IMG/VR virus record: IMGVR_UViG_3300005613_000037
Coordinates: 8,731-72,730 of that record
Reading direction: 5' to 3' (one strand)
Length of the DNA stretch: 64,000 nucleotides
Source: a virus
The notes under the pieces: generated by a model
The model's input: only the letters and a program-made list of their open reading frames with translations
Database searches by the model: none
Told to the model about the DNA's origin: nothing
Program-made: the position numbers and the translations under genes
In this document: positions 40,442 through 49,284 of the stretch, piece after piece
Layout of the letters: every line of letters starts with the position of its first letter
Position numbering within the stretch: the stretch's first letter is position 1

Positions 40442-40933
40442 TTAAAAATCCATTTTTTCCACTTCACTGACAATATAATCCAAAAACGAATCAAGTTCAT
40501 ATTCAAGTCCTTCACAGAATTCAAAGATGTCATATGATATTCCATCATGTTCCTTTGAGAAATCCGGCACAGCTGCTCCGGTGTTGAAATAAACTATCCT
40601 ACCATCTATTTCACCTTCTATCTCTATATGGTCTAAAATGATGTCTGGGACGGTGATCGTTCCGTTTATGTATGTTTCATCTCCATAGTGTTCAACATCT
40701 CTTAGGATGAATTTAAATGGGTATGGACCATCATATTCAAAGGTGATATCATTTTCAAGATAGTTCAATTTTTTGTGTATTTCTTCGACCTCTTTATTGC
40801 CTTTTGCGTATGCGTCCAAGAAGTCTCTCTCATCTTTTGATATTGAATCTATTCCTTTATCCTTTATTTTATCGAGTATCTCATCAAGTCTTTCCTGTAT
40901 TGAAAATCCTTCATATCTCATTAAATGTTTCAT
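40442..40933 (-). CDS. Hypothetical protein with CTS-like start and RLDEILDKI...GIDSISKDERDFL motif
   Basis: 163 aa; AATATATA 4 nt before the ATG. Confidence 0.75.
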   Translation of the reverse strand: MKHLMRYEGFSIQERLDEILDKIKDKGIDSISKDERDFLDAYAKGNKEVEEIHKKLNYLENDITFEYDGPYPFKFILRDVEHYGDETYINGTITVPDIILDHIEIEGEIDGRIVYFNTGAAVPDFSKEHDGISYDIFEFCEGLEYELDSFLDYIVSEVEKMDF

Positions 40934-40936
40934 ATA

Positions 40937-41266
40937 TTATATATTTAAAATCAGTGTGTTATTTTCCAACTTTGTTATGACTGATCGGTATATCACATCC
41001 ATGAATCCTTGTGTTTCGTAAAGAATTATGTTAGGATTGTCCAAGTTTATTATTTTTTCAAAAACATTTTCATAACTTTCACCTAAGATTGTTTTTATTG
41101 TGCTGTATCTCATCAATTTCATTTTCTCTTTTTCAAGTGACTCAAAGAAAATGATCATTATGCCTTTGCTTCCGTCTCTTGGATGTTGCAATATCATTTC
41201 AACATCTATACCTTGATAGAACTGAACTTCCTGTTCATTGAATTTTTTTGTTTCCAACAATTTCAT
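40937..41266 (-). CDS. Hypothetical protein
   Basis: 109 aa, coupled to the upstream ORF. Confidence 0.6.
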   Translation of the reverse strand: MKLLETKKFNEQEVQFYQGIDVEMILQHPRDGSKGIMIIFFESLEKEKMKLMRYSTIKTILGESYENVFEKIINLDNPNIILYETQGFMDVIYRSVITKLENNTLILNI

Positions 41267-41463
41267 TCAACTATCAGTTTTATTTTTTTCTCTCTTGTCT
41301 TTCTGATTATATCATTTCTGAGTTTTTCATTCGAATTGAATTCTTCTAAGAAAAGTTGATAATTAAGGTCTGATATTCTGCTGAGTTGATACCAACCATC
41401 AGATAGGTTGAATATTTCTTTTTGTAGTAAAAGATATGTGGTGTATTCTTCGATCCGGTTCAC
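41263..41463 (-). CDS. Small hypothetical protein with C-terminal REKKIKLI motif
   Basis: GTG start 4 nt after AATATATA (41468-41475). Confidence 0.6.
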   Translation of the reverse strand: MNRIEEYTTYLLLQKEIFNLSDGWYQLSRISDLNYQLFLEEFNSNEKLRNDIIRKTREKKIKLIVE

Positions 41464-41493
41464 ATGTTATATATTGCAAACCGTGTCTTCTCA

Positions 41494-42267
41494 TCAGTCG
41501 AAACTTTGTTCAAAACTTATCATAAGCTTTGAATTTTTTCCCTCGGTCAATATGAAATTAGGAAACATGTTGAACTTAATTGTGTCGATATCAGTGTCGA
41601 TGAATTTGAGATGATCCTTATTTATCAGAATGTCACAATCTTCTTGATCAGTATCGTCAACTTGCATTTCCCAAATTCTTGATTCTTCGAACATTACTTT
41701 ACCAGAATCTGCTTGTATCTTCAGTATTTTTCTGGATTCATCTTTGTTGATGGTCGCAAGTTTTCTTATGTCGATGAATGTTTGTTTTTCAATTTCAAAA
41801 GACCATTCTTTTTTATCAGGATCCAATGTATCATTCATTTGTTGCTTTGTGATGTTGGTTATTTCTGATTGCAATCCTGTTTCAATGCTCAGTTTGAATT
41901 TATTGTTCTTGATAGTGAAATTTATGACCTCGTTGACATCATCTGTGTTTCTGAATGATACTCTTGCTCCTATTCTACTATCGGTTTGAATGAAAGTAAG
42001 ATTTTTTACGAATTTCTTTGCGTTCAGGACAACACAACTTAAATTCTCCTCAAAATCATATTTGGTGAAATGTTCACTTGTTTTTAGAATGTGTGTTTTC
42101 ATGGCCAGTACGATCGATTTTGATCCTAATATTGAATACATGAATATGTTCTCACTGTCGATATTGATTTTTATAGTATCACTCAGCTGTGTGAGATCAT
42201 TCAATTTTTCAATGAATGTATTGAAATTTTCCTTATTGAATTCTATGTTGAGATTCTGTGTTGCCAT
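41494..42267 (-). CDS. DNA sliding clamp-like protein (gp45/PCNA-type fold)
   Basis: 257 aa with a two-lobe alternating helix/strand pattern (FNTFIEKLNDL...IKINIDSENIFMYS; FEIEKQTFIDIRKL...NFILTEGKNSKLMISF); close to the primase. Confidence 0.6.
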   Translation of the reverse strand: MATQNLNIEFNKENFNTFIEKLNDLTQLSDTIKINIDSENIFMYSILGSKSIVLAMKTHILKTSEHFTKYDFEENLSCVVLNAKKFVKNLTFIQTDSRIGARVSFRNTDDVNEVINFTIKNNKFKLSIETGLQSEITNITKQQMNDTLDPDKKEWSFEIEKQTFIDIRKLATINKDESRKILKIQADSGKVMFEESRIWEMQVDDTDQEDCDILINKDHLKFIDTDIDTIKFNMFPNFILTEGKNSKLMISFEQSFD

Positions 42268-42314
42268 TTAATGATATTACAATTTAATATATACTGAAAA
42301 ATTAGTTTTGTTTA

Positions 42315-43220
42315 ATGTATATAATAAGAGAGTTCAGAAATTACAATCAGGTCGAATATGTTGAATCTCGTATCCAAGAGTTGAAAGATATGGTTGATAA
42401 TCTTGAAAATTTTAACTTTTCAAGTGAATTGCATGTTCATAATGGTGTCATCACCATATCAATAACTGTTCAAGATAAAGAGTTCGAGATATCGTATTCA
42501 AATGATGGTACTTTGCGTTATGACGGTAAGGCGATCGGAATAAGTTCAATCGATGATGGTCTGAACAGAATTGAAACAGAAATAAAAAATATTGCAGGTC
42601 TTGATGAAAATTTAGGGTATGACTCTTCAATTACACTCGATCAAGTATCTGCAATTGAGCCGAAAATAAAAAAGGTCCAATCGAGATTTGACAATTATGA
42701 CAAAGAACTTGATATGTCACATCAACAGGTCAATCAGATAGTTGAAAACTTAGAGGATAAGCTCAGAGGATTTGATGAGATAGTGAGTGAGTATATAATT
42801 GACCTTCTTATTTTTGATATTTGGACCGATAATGTTCCAAATGAGATCATTGAACTTGGTGATAAGATCATTGAGAGGTATGGAACAGAACCGAAAATGG
42901 TCATGGATGCATTTGAAATAGCGTTTGACTACCTATCTGAATTTGTTCCTGATATGAATGAGTCTATAAACGAAAGAAAAAAGAAACCGGGAAGACCAAA
43001 GGCAGGTAGAACAAAAAGTGGTAGAAAAGTACCTGGTAAATACCTCACCAAGAATAAAAAAGCTATGAAAAAAGAAATCGAAAGATATCAAGGGAAAGAT
43101 GAATATAAAACTGAGTGGGATGCTGATTACAAGTCAGGAAAAGGAGGAGAAGGAAAAAGATATAAAACCAAAAAGTCGGCTGCTACTAAAGCTTATCAAA
43201 AGAAATATGGGAACAAATGA
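42315..43220 (+). CDS. Modular hypothetical protein with basic C-terminal module (...KTKKSAATKAYQKKYG)
   Basis: 301 aa; acidic body, MNE|SINE|R sites and a Lys-rich tail. Confidence 0.75.
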   Translation: MYIIREFRNYNQVEYVESRIQELKDMVDNLENFNFSSELHVHNGVITISITVQDKEFEISYSNDGTLRYDGKAIGISSIDDGLNRIETEIKNIAGLDENLGYDSSITLDQVSAIEPKIKKVQSRFDNYDKELDMSHQQVNQIVENLEDKLRGFDEIVSEYIIDLLIFDIWTDNVPNEIIELGDKIIERYGTEPKMVMDAFEIAFDYLSEFVPDMNESINERKKKPGRPKAGRTKSGRKVPGKYLTKNKKAMKKEIERYQGKDEYKTEWDADYKSGKGGEGKRYKTKKSAATKAYQKKYGNK

Positions 43221-43353
43221 AATGCCTAAGAAAATTTAAGGAACATGAATCTTTTAAGAACTTAAAGATATGAAGTGGGGATTACATGATGGTTATTCAG
43301 AAGTAGTTGATTATTTAGAAAGTTTATTGATGGATGAAACTTACAAAAATTGA
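43217..43353 (+). pseudogene. Probable remnant of a CTS-tagged (ankyrin-like?) gene
   Basis: Two overlapping mini-ORFs: 43217-43273 MKCLRKFKEHESFKNLKI and 43270-43353 MKWGLHDGYSEVVDYLESLLMDETYKN. Confidence 0.35.
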
Positions 43354-44366
43354 TTTCTTATTCTTATCAAAAAGTTATAATCCTTTTCATATTCATTTAA
43401 CCTTCTTTCATAGATATCTCTTCTACTTTTTTTCATTTTGCCCTGTAATATCTTTTCTATCTTCAAATACTCTCGAAAGGATTTCAACTTATCAACAACC
43501 TCCTCCTTTGAAAGCTCATCATTGAAGTTAATATCCGATAACTTCTTATTTAGTGAATATTTATTTATAATAACATCTCTTGCCCAAACCAATGTCCAAT
43601 AATCAATATGTGTTATCTTCATCACCTTTTTATTAATCCTGAATGTGAAAAGCCATCTATTATACCAGTTGTCAAATTTTATTTCATTGAACTCTGATTT
43701 TATTTTTTTAACACCATCAATATTAGAATTGTCTCCTACATTCAAAAGGTCTATTGTATTTTTAATGTTGAATTGCCTACCCTCTTTGAATCCTTCTGGT
43801 ATTGGATCATTGTTAAATATCATCTTGGCCTCTCCTGTATCAGGATTGTGTATCCAAAATGAACCCTTTCTGTTTGATGATTGTTTTCTTAATTGTTCTA
43901 TATTAACTCTTTCCATTTTAACTCCCTTTACCCAACCTTTACCAGGTGATTCAAATGATCTGGTTTCTATGTTCATCTCTTCATTATACCAATATGGCAT
44001 ACCAGCCGATGCCTTTCCTCCCAAATGTGCAATTTCTTTACAATGTCCGGATTCAGCATTTTGTTTTCCGGATGTTTTTCCACCTTTTATTAAATAAGGT
44101 AATCTTTCTTCATTTGTCATAGAGAATATACCTAGTTTGTTTTCAAATACTTTCCTACCATTTTCTTGAGATATCTGTCTCAATAGTTCTTCTTTGCCTA
44201 TTTGTCCGGATAATCCTTTCCATGCCCATAGATCTTCTATTTTGCCAAATTCTTCATACAATTTTCTATGTGCTTCAGCATGTTCTTCAATTGTTAGTTC
44301 AATTAGATTTTCAGGATCATCTGTGCCTCCCATGTGTTTTGGTATAATGTGATGTTTATGTTTCAT
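43341..44366 (-). mobile_element. Free-standing HNH homing endonuclease
   Basis: HHIIPKHMGGTDDPENLIELTIEEHAEAH; two WxN...PxGW/FxxG repeats; AP2-like C-terminal segment; opposite strand to both neighbours; ATG 44366. Confidence 0.8.
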
Positions 44367-44445
44367 ATAAGTATATATCACAAAAGGTCACCTCCCTGGT
44401 GATATTTTTTAAAAAATATATACAATAAAGAAAAATAAAATTCAT

Positions 44446-44832
44446 ATGGATAAATTAATGACGTTTGAATCCTTTTCCAATGAATTGGATTATGAAAAAT
44501 ACTACCACTTAGTAGAGGATATCATTTTACTCGAAGAGGTAACCGCTGGATCGGTGGATAATCCTAATTCTAAGGCTGCAAAGATGATAAAAAATAAGTC
44601 TATAGATAGTGGAATATCACAAGGAATACTTAAACAAGTGTATAAACGCGCAATGTCGGCCTGGAACGCAGGTCATCGTCCAGGAACTCCACAGGCAGCT
44701 TGGGCAACTGGCAGAGTAAATTCTTTTATTACTGGTGCAGGCGGTGCAAGAAAAGCTGATGCTGATCTTTGGAAAAAAGCAAAAGCTCAGAAAGCTAAGA
44801 AGAAGAAAAATAAAAAAGGTAAGAAAAAATGA
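44446..44832 (+). CDS. DUF5824-like protein with CTS-like start and Lys-rich tail
   Basis: SGISQGILKQVYKRAMSAWNAGHRPG...WATGRVNSF...DADLW. Confidence 0.7.
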   Translation: MDKLMTFESFSNELDYEKYYHLVEDIILLEEVTAGSVDNPNSKAAKMIKNKSIDSGISQGILKQVYKRAMSAWNAGHRPGTPQAAWATGRVNSFITGAGGARKADADLWKKAKAQKAKKKKNKKGKKK

Positions 44833-45071
44833 AACATTTAAAAAGAATAGATGAAAGTTCTGATATCAGTGAAATGATACTCAACAGATCATTTAAAGAT
44901 TTTTCTAGGAAGTTAGGTATTGATCCTGTGTGGTTGGCAGATTATTTACATGAATGTTTTTCATTCAACTTGGATCAGTCTGAGATGCCATTCAGTGATG
45001 AAGAATTTGAAGATATTTTAGAAAAACTTGAAAAATTAAAAATAATATATGAAACACATTTTATTATTTGA
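44829..45071 (+). CDS. Small hypothetical protein (MKHLKRIDES)
   Basis: 80 aa; ATGA overlap. Confidence 0.65.
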   Translation: MKHLKRIDESSDISEMILNRSFKDFSRKLGIDPVWLADYLHECFSFNLDQSEMPFSDEEFEDILEKLEKLKIIYETHFII

Positions 45072-45273
45072 AAATTTCACATCTATCGATAGAACAAGAG
45101 AGCAGGTTATCGAATTATTATCACAATCATCTGATTTTGATATCGAGGATTTAGAAGAGATGTCTGATGATGAATTGGAGGGTCTTTGGAACTCACAGGA
45201 AATGGATGAATGGTTGGATGAATTGGAAAGAGAGGATAATAATTTAAAGAAGATCAATATGGATCAGCTTTGA
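45049..45273 (+). CDS. Small acidic hypothetical protein (MKHILLFENF)
   Basis: 74 aa; overlapping operon. Confidence 0.65.
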   Translation: MKHILLFENFTSIDRTREQVIELLSQSSDFDIEDLEEMSDDELEGLWNSQEMDEWLDELEREDNNLKKINMDQL

Positions 45274-45959
45274 ATCAGCGTTTTCAGCTTTTCACTTCTT
45301 GATATCACTATACTATCATGGTCTGTGATAATGTACTTTATACCAATCTCTTTATAGTATTCGTGTTTTTTTGAAATTTCAACTGCATGAATTTCAGGGA
45401 CCATTTTGAATTTGATGTCAGTGATGATATATTCTTTACCTGGTTCTTTTTTCTCGGATATTATATCGAATTTTTTAAATTTGAATTTTGATATTGGTTC
45501 CTCACCACTCACATCGAACCATTTCTCAATTGCATCAAGTGTGGCATCCATTGAATTGATTCCTTTTATGATATATTGTAATTGTGAGTCAAATTTATAT
45601 TCAATGAGTGTATTGCTACCGATTTCTACCGTGTGTATTTTTGTCCTATCACTGTCACCTTTCACTGACACCTGTTCAATTTTATTGGAAAGCCCATAAT
45701 TTGATGTATGTATATTTTTGATGAAATTGAAATTCAATTCATCCTCTGAATGGTTTTCGAGTATTTCTTCAAAGATAGTGAGTATCTTGTTATCAACTAT
45801 CAGTCGATGTGTGAATCCAAAATTCGATAGGAGTAGGTTTCCAAAATCATCTCCGTGATAATTTGGTATCAGTATGAATTGATTGTTTTTAAAATAACCA
45901 TCGATACTAAGTCTTCTCAGTCTCGATGGCCATTTATCTTCATCATGTATTCTCATCAT
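45264..45959 (-). CDS. Hypothetical protein with C-terminal RSEKLKTLI motif
   Basis: 231 aa, coupled to the NAMPT stop. Confidence 0.65.
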   Translation of the reverse strand: MMRIHDEDKWPSRLRRLSIDGYFKNNQFILIPNYHGDDFGNLLLSNFGFTHRLIVDNKILTIFEEILENHSEDELNFNFIKNIHTSNYGLSNKIEQVSVKGDSDRTKIHTVEIGSNTLIEYKFDSQLQYIIKGINSMDATLDAIEKWFDVSGEEPISKFKFKKFDIISEKKEPGKEYIITDIKFKMVPEIHAVEISKKHEYYKEIGIKYIITDHDSIVISRSEKLKTLIQS

Positions 45960-47539
45960 ACAAGTTCCATTTCAATTTCTGAGGTTACTTTGGCTCTTTC
46001 TCGGATCTCTTCGAATGTCCATTCTTTTGTGATAACACCATTGTTGAATACTTCAACCAATTCGTCTTGGTAATTATCGAAATCTTCTTCAACTGATGTT
46101 ACTGTTTTGTAACCACCTTCAGTTCTTACAAGTTTTGGAATACCTTGTTTTGATTTTTTGAAGGATTTAACCTGATTGAAGTTTTCGTCAATTTCTGTTG
46201 GTGATTTAACCACATTTCTTTCCTCACCATCAATTATAGCGTAACAAGCTTTGGTTGCGAAATTCTGAGTATCACGATCAATTTCAGCTTGAAGAAGTTT
46301 TCCACCCATTCCGAATACGATGTTTTCTGCTGAGATTTTTTCTTTGATCAAGAAGTCATAGATTTCTTTGATAGAGTTGATATTTACTCCATCACCTTGG
46401 ATAACTCGGATCTGTGGTGGTAGAACTTTGAATCCTTTTGAGTTTGTTGTATATCCGAAATTCTCGAAAAGTGAATCGAACAACATTTTCAAAGTGTTTA
46501 GAACGTGTCCAGAATCAGGTCTAATTACGAGTTGATTGCCTGGTTCATTCGGACGACTTAGAATTTCAGCCTTTAGTTGTTTCCCCCAATAGTTATTGAC
46601 AGCGTTCATAATATCATAAGTATCAGAAACACATGCAACGATCCCTGTTGGATACTTTTCCAAAACTCTTCTCATCATTTCTACTTCTCCTTCGACTCCT
46701 TCTAAACACATGATAGAGTGTTCTGTTGCAGGAACGCTTTGTCCGAATACTTGAGTCGTATTGTAATTATCTCTGATGAGTTTGGATGCTACTGTTGTAT
46801 CAGATCCTCTGAAATTGACCAAGTGAGCAGATCCACCGATTTCTGCAGACTGAACAGAAGAAACTCCTCTGAATCCGAAATCATTTAAAACATATTCCAT
46901 AAGGAATTCTTTTGTTGCATCATCATAATCGCTGGTTATATCAAATGCTGATTTTACCACCTTTTTAACTTCTCTTGATAGTGTAGCAACTGTGATAGGA
47001 TACCAAATTTGAAGGATCAGAGTTTCAAGAAAGTTGGTAATCCAAGCGCACTTAGGATCTGTATTTTCAATATAAAGTAGAACATTTTTTGTTCCTACTA
47101 CTGTTCCTTCGGGAACTGCTTTGATTTTTACTGGAAGTCTTCCACCGTGTTCTTCTACGATATAATCAAACTTTGATCTATCGAAGACATCTTCTCTTCC
47201 GAACACACCTAATTTTGTTCCAAGGTATTCGTAAGCTTCATCAACATCTTGTTTTGTGATGGCGACTCCTTTGAGGTATCTTTTCAAGAAAACTTGTAGT
47301 CCGTAGAAAACGGTTTCTGAGAATCTTCCACCTCTTGATTCTAAGTATGAACCCATTTTTGTCATACCATCTGGATAGAATTTGTGGTGTGAGTATTTGT
47401 AAGCATCTCCGAGTAGAACCAAGTTGTTTGGTTTATCGAGTGCTTTTTCGATTAGTGTTTCAAGTTCTGTTAAGAGAGTAAAATCTTGATTTTCGATTGC
47501 TTTTCTTAATTGTCTTTTAATGTGTCTTTGTAAGCTCAT
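45956..47539 (-). CDS. nadV: Nicotinamide phosphoribosyltransferase (NAMPT)
   Basis: DAYKYSH, DFGFRGVSS, AHLVNFRGSDT, VPATEHS, VSDTYD, VIRPDSG, IQGDGV and RDTQNFATKA motifs. Confidence 0.95.
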   Translation of the reverse strand: MSLQRHIKRQLRKAIENQDFTLLTELETLIEKALDKPNNLVLLGDAYKYSHHKFYPDGMTKMGSYLESRGGRFSETVFYGLQVFLKRYLKGVAITKQDVDEAYEYLGTKLGVFGREDVFDRSKFDYIVEEHGGRLPVKIKAVPEGTVVGTKNVLLYIENTDPKCAWITNFLETLILQIWYPITVATLSREVKKVVKSAFDITSDYDDATKEFLMEYVLNDFGFRGVSSVQSAEIGGSAHLVNFRGSDTTVASKLIRDNYNTTQVFGQSVPATEHSIMCLEGVEGEVEMMRRVLEKYPTGIVACVSDTYDIMNAVNNYWGKQLKAEILSRPNEPGNQLVIRPDSGHVLNTLKMLFDSLFENFGYTTNSKGFKVLPPQIRVIQGDGVNINSIKEIYDFLIKEKISAENIVFGMGGKLLQAEIDRDTQNFATKACYAIIDGEERNVVKSPTEIDENFNQVKSFKKSKQGIPKLVRTEGGYKTVTSVEEDFDNYQDELVEVFNNGVITKEWTFEEIRERAKVTSEIEMELV

Positions 47540-47541
47540 GA

Positions 47542-48456
47542 TTATTTATTTTTAATTTGATTTTTGAATTTGTTTAAAATATCTTGATGATCTGCCATGA
47601 TATCTGGTTCTTTGATTGTATCAATATCAAACCATTTCAGTTCCATTATATCATTTGATGCTTGGATATTTCCCCAAAGGTATTGACAAATATAAAAATT
47701 CGTCATTATCTTATCATTTTCTCCTCTGAATCTCCAGTCGTTGACTTTTGTTGAGAATAACATTTTGAAATCTCCGCAATTGATGTCACGACCTGCTTCT
47801 TTGTGAATTACTCTTTTTACTGATCCATCTAGATCATCATCTTCTACTTTGACGAAACCTCCAATGAATCTGAAATTTGATTCATCATATTTTTTTGCCA
47901 AAAGAACTTGGTTCTTGTCATTTAGAATTGCTACATCAATTGCTGGGATAACTCTTGGATAAAGGTTATAAGCGTGATAGATAACCCCACTTCTGAAATC
48001 CTGTGAGTTTTTAACTTCTTCTGAAATAAGTTTTCTGATATCTGTTCCTGCGAATGTTCCTAAAGGTTTCAATTCTTTTGTTTTGAATTGTCCTCCTCCA
48101 TTAAGATAGTGTGGAATAAAAGAATCTCTACTTCCATACATAAGAACTTCTCCGTGTTGGAATACTTCTCTGATTCTTCTATCGAGTTCTGATGCCCATC
48201 TGAAATTATCTGATTGATCTGGAATAGCCAAGATAACTGAGTCTGGGTAGTGACTTTGTACCATTCTTTTTCTGGTATCAAAATCAAGTGGATTTTTTTG
48301 TGTTCCTACAAATTTAGGAACTCCTAAGAAAATGATGGTTTTTTTATGATTATCGGTTACTTGTTTGATAATGTGGTGATGACCTTCGTGAAGTTCGTGA
48401 ACTTGGAATCTTGCTACTATTACACCGATTGAATAATTTTTTACCTCTTCGTCCAT
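47542..48456 (-). CDS. NMN adenylyltransferase fused to a degenerate Nudix domain (NadM-Nudix / NatV-like)
   Basis: ARFQVHELHEGH (HxGH) and NPLDFDTRKRM; Nudix half RFIGGFV...DWRFRGENDKIMT. Confidence 0.9.
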   Translation of the reverse strand: MDEEVKNYSIGVIVARFQVHELHEGHHHIIKQVTDNHKKTIIFLGVPKFVGTQKNPLDFDTRKRMVQSHYPDSVILAIPDQSDNFRWASELDRRIREVFQHGEVLMYGSRDSFIPHYLNGGGQFKTKELKPLGTFAGTDIRKLISEEVKNSQDFRSGVIYHAYNLYPRVIPAIDVAILNDKNQVLLAKKYDESNFRFIGGFVKVEDDDLDGSVKRVIHKEAGRDINCGDFKMLFSTKVNDWRFRGENDKIMTNFYICQYLWGNIQASNDIMELKWFDIDTIKEPDIMADHQDILNKFKNQIKNK

Positions 48457-48471
48457 ATTTTAAATTTTAAA

Positions 48472-48502
48472 CAAATATAAGGATCAAATCATATCACTCA
48501 AA
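48472..48502 (-). promoter_or_regulatory. Bacteroidota-type sigma70 promoter TTTG-N19-TATATTTG
   Basis: caaa at 48499-48502 and caaatata at 48472-48479 give an exact consensus on the minus strand upstream of the NMNAT-NAMPT operon. Confidence 0.75.
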
Positions 48503-48783
48503 GCATCTCTGATGAATTTTTCAATTTTTATTGCCTTTTTTCTTGTTGTTCTAACATCGAGTTGTAACCTCCATGTCTGAACCTCTGAGTCATCGTCTAT
48601 TTTTTTCATTGTAAAATGATCCTCTTCTGATTCCTTTATTGATTTTGCAATGAAGTGATGTGGTATCTCCATATTGCCTGAGTCGGTTACGAGTGTATAA
48701 CTTTCTGATTTCTCAAATTCTTTGCCTTTTTCGAAAAGTAGAAAGTCGTTTATCACTATATTTTCTGTTGCAACTAACTTCAT
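48484..48783 (-). CDS. Hypothetical protein
   Basis: 99 aa; 4-nt overlap with the upstream gene. Confidence 0.65.
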   Translation of the reverse strand: MKLVATENIVINDFLLFEKGKEFEKSESYTLVTDSGNMEIPHHFIAKSIKESEEDHFTMKKIDDDSEVQTWRLQLDVRTTRKKAIKIEKFIRDALSDMI

Positions 48784-49268
48784 CTGAGAATATTATAAAG
48801 TTCGATTATGTTTTTTAGTGTGTATTGTAACGATTCAAGATTTTTGTTCATTCCTCTTAGGAATTCAATGTAGTTTTCAATTAGTTCTATGTTTCGTTGT
48901 TCTTCTGCAAGGTGACCTTCTATTAAAAGTTGTTTTTCACCGTAGTTTGTTTTCACACCGAATCCGGTGGCATAGAACAGAAACTTATCTTGTTTCAATC
49001 TTTTCAGTTTTACATCTTGTTTTGAACGCTTGTCCAAAAATTCAGATACTTGTTCATTTATTCTCTGTCTATATGAAAGAGCAAGTGCCTGTGTGTCAGA
49101 AATTCTTGATGAGGTTTCACGCGATATCTCAATTTTAACAACTTGGAAAAGTGGTTCAAGTAGTTTTGCCCAATCTTCTCGTTTCTGAGTGAACCAAAGT
49201 TCAAGACGGTCATTCTTTTCCTTTAGCTTCTTGATCTGTTCTATTTCTTGCTGACTATAAACTTGCAT
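48780..49268 (-). CDS. UvsY-like recombination mediator
   Basis: Helical protein; FLFYAT...EKQLLIEGHL...YIEFLRGMNKNLESLQYTLKNIIEL parallels the UvsY C-terminal pattern. Confidence 0.55.
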   Translation of the reverse strand: MQVYSQQEIEQIKKLKEKNDRLELWFTQKREDWAKLLEPLFQVVKIEISRETSSRISDTQALALSYRQRINEQVSEFLDKRSKQDVKLKRLKQDKFLFYATGFGVKTNYGEKQLLIEGHLAEEQRNIELIENYIEFLRGMNKNLESLQYTLKNIIELYNILR

Positions 49269-49284
49269 GTATATTATACACGGA

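Noticed and set aside
43217-44446. Group I intron or intein housing the HNH gene
   Set aside because: The HNH gene is antisense with its own promoter box, both flanking genes have their own starts and stops, and no intron core or Hint motifs were recognised.
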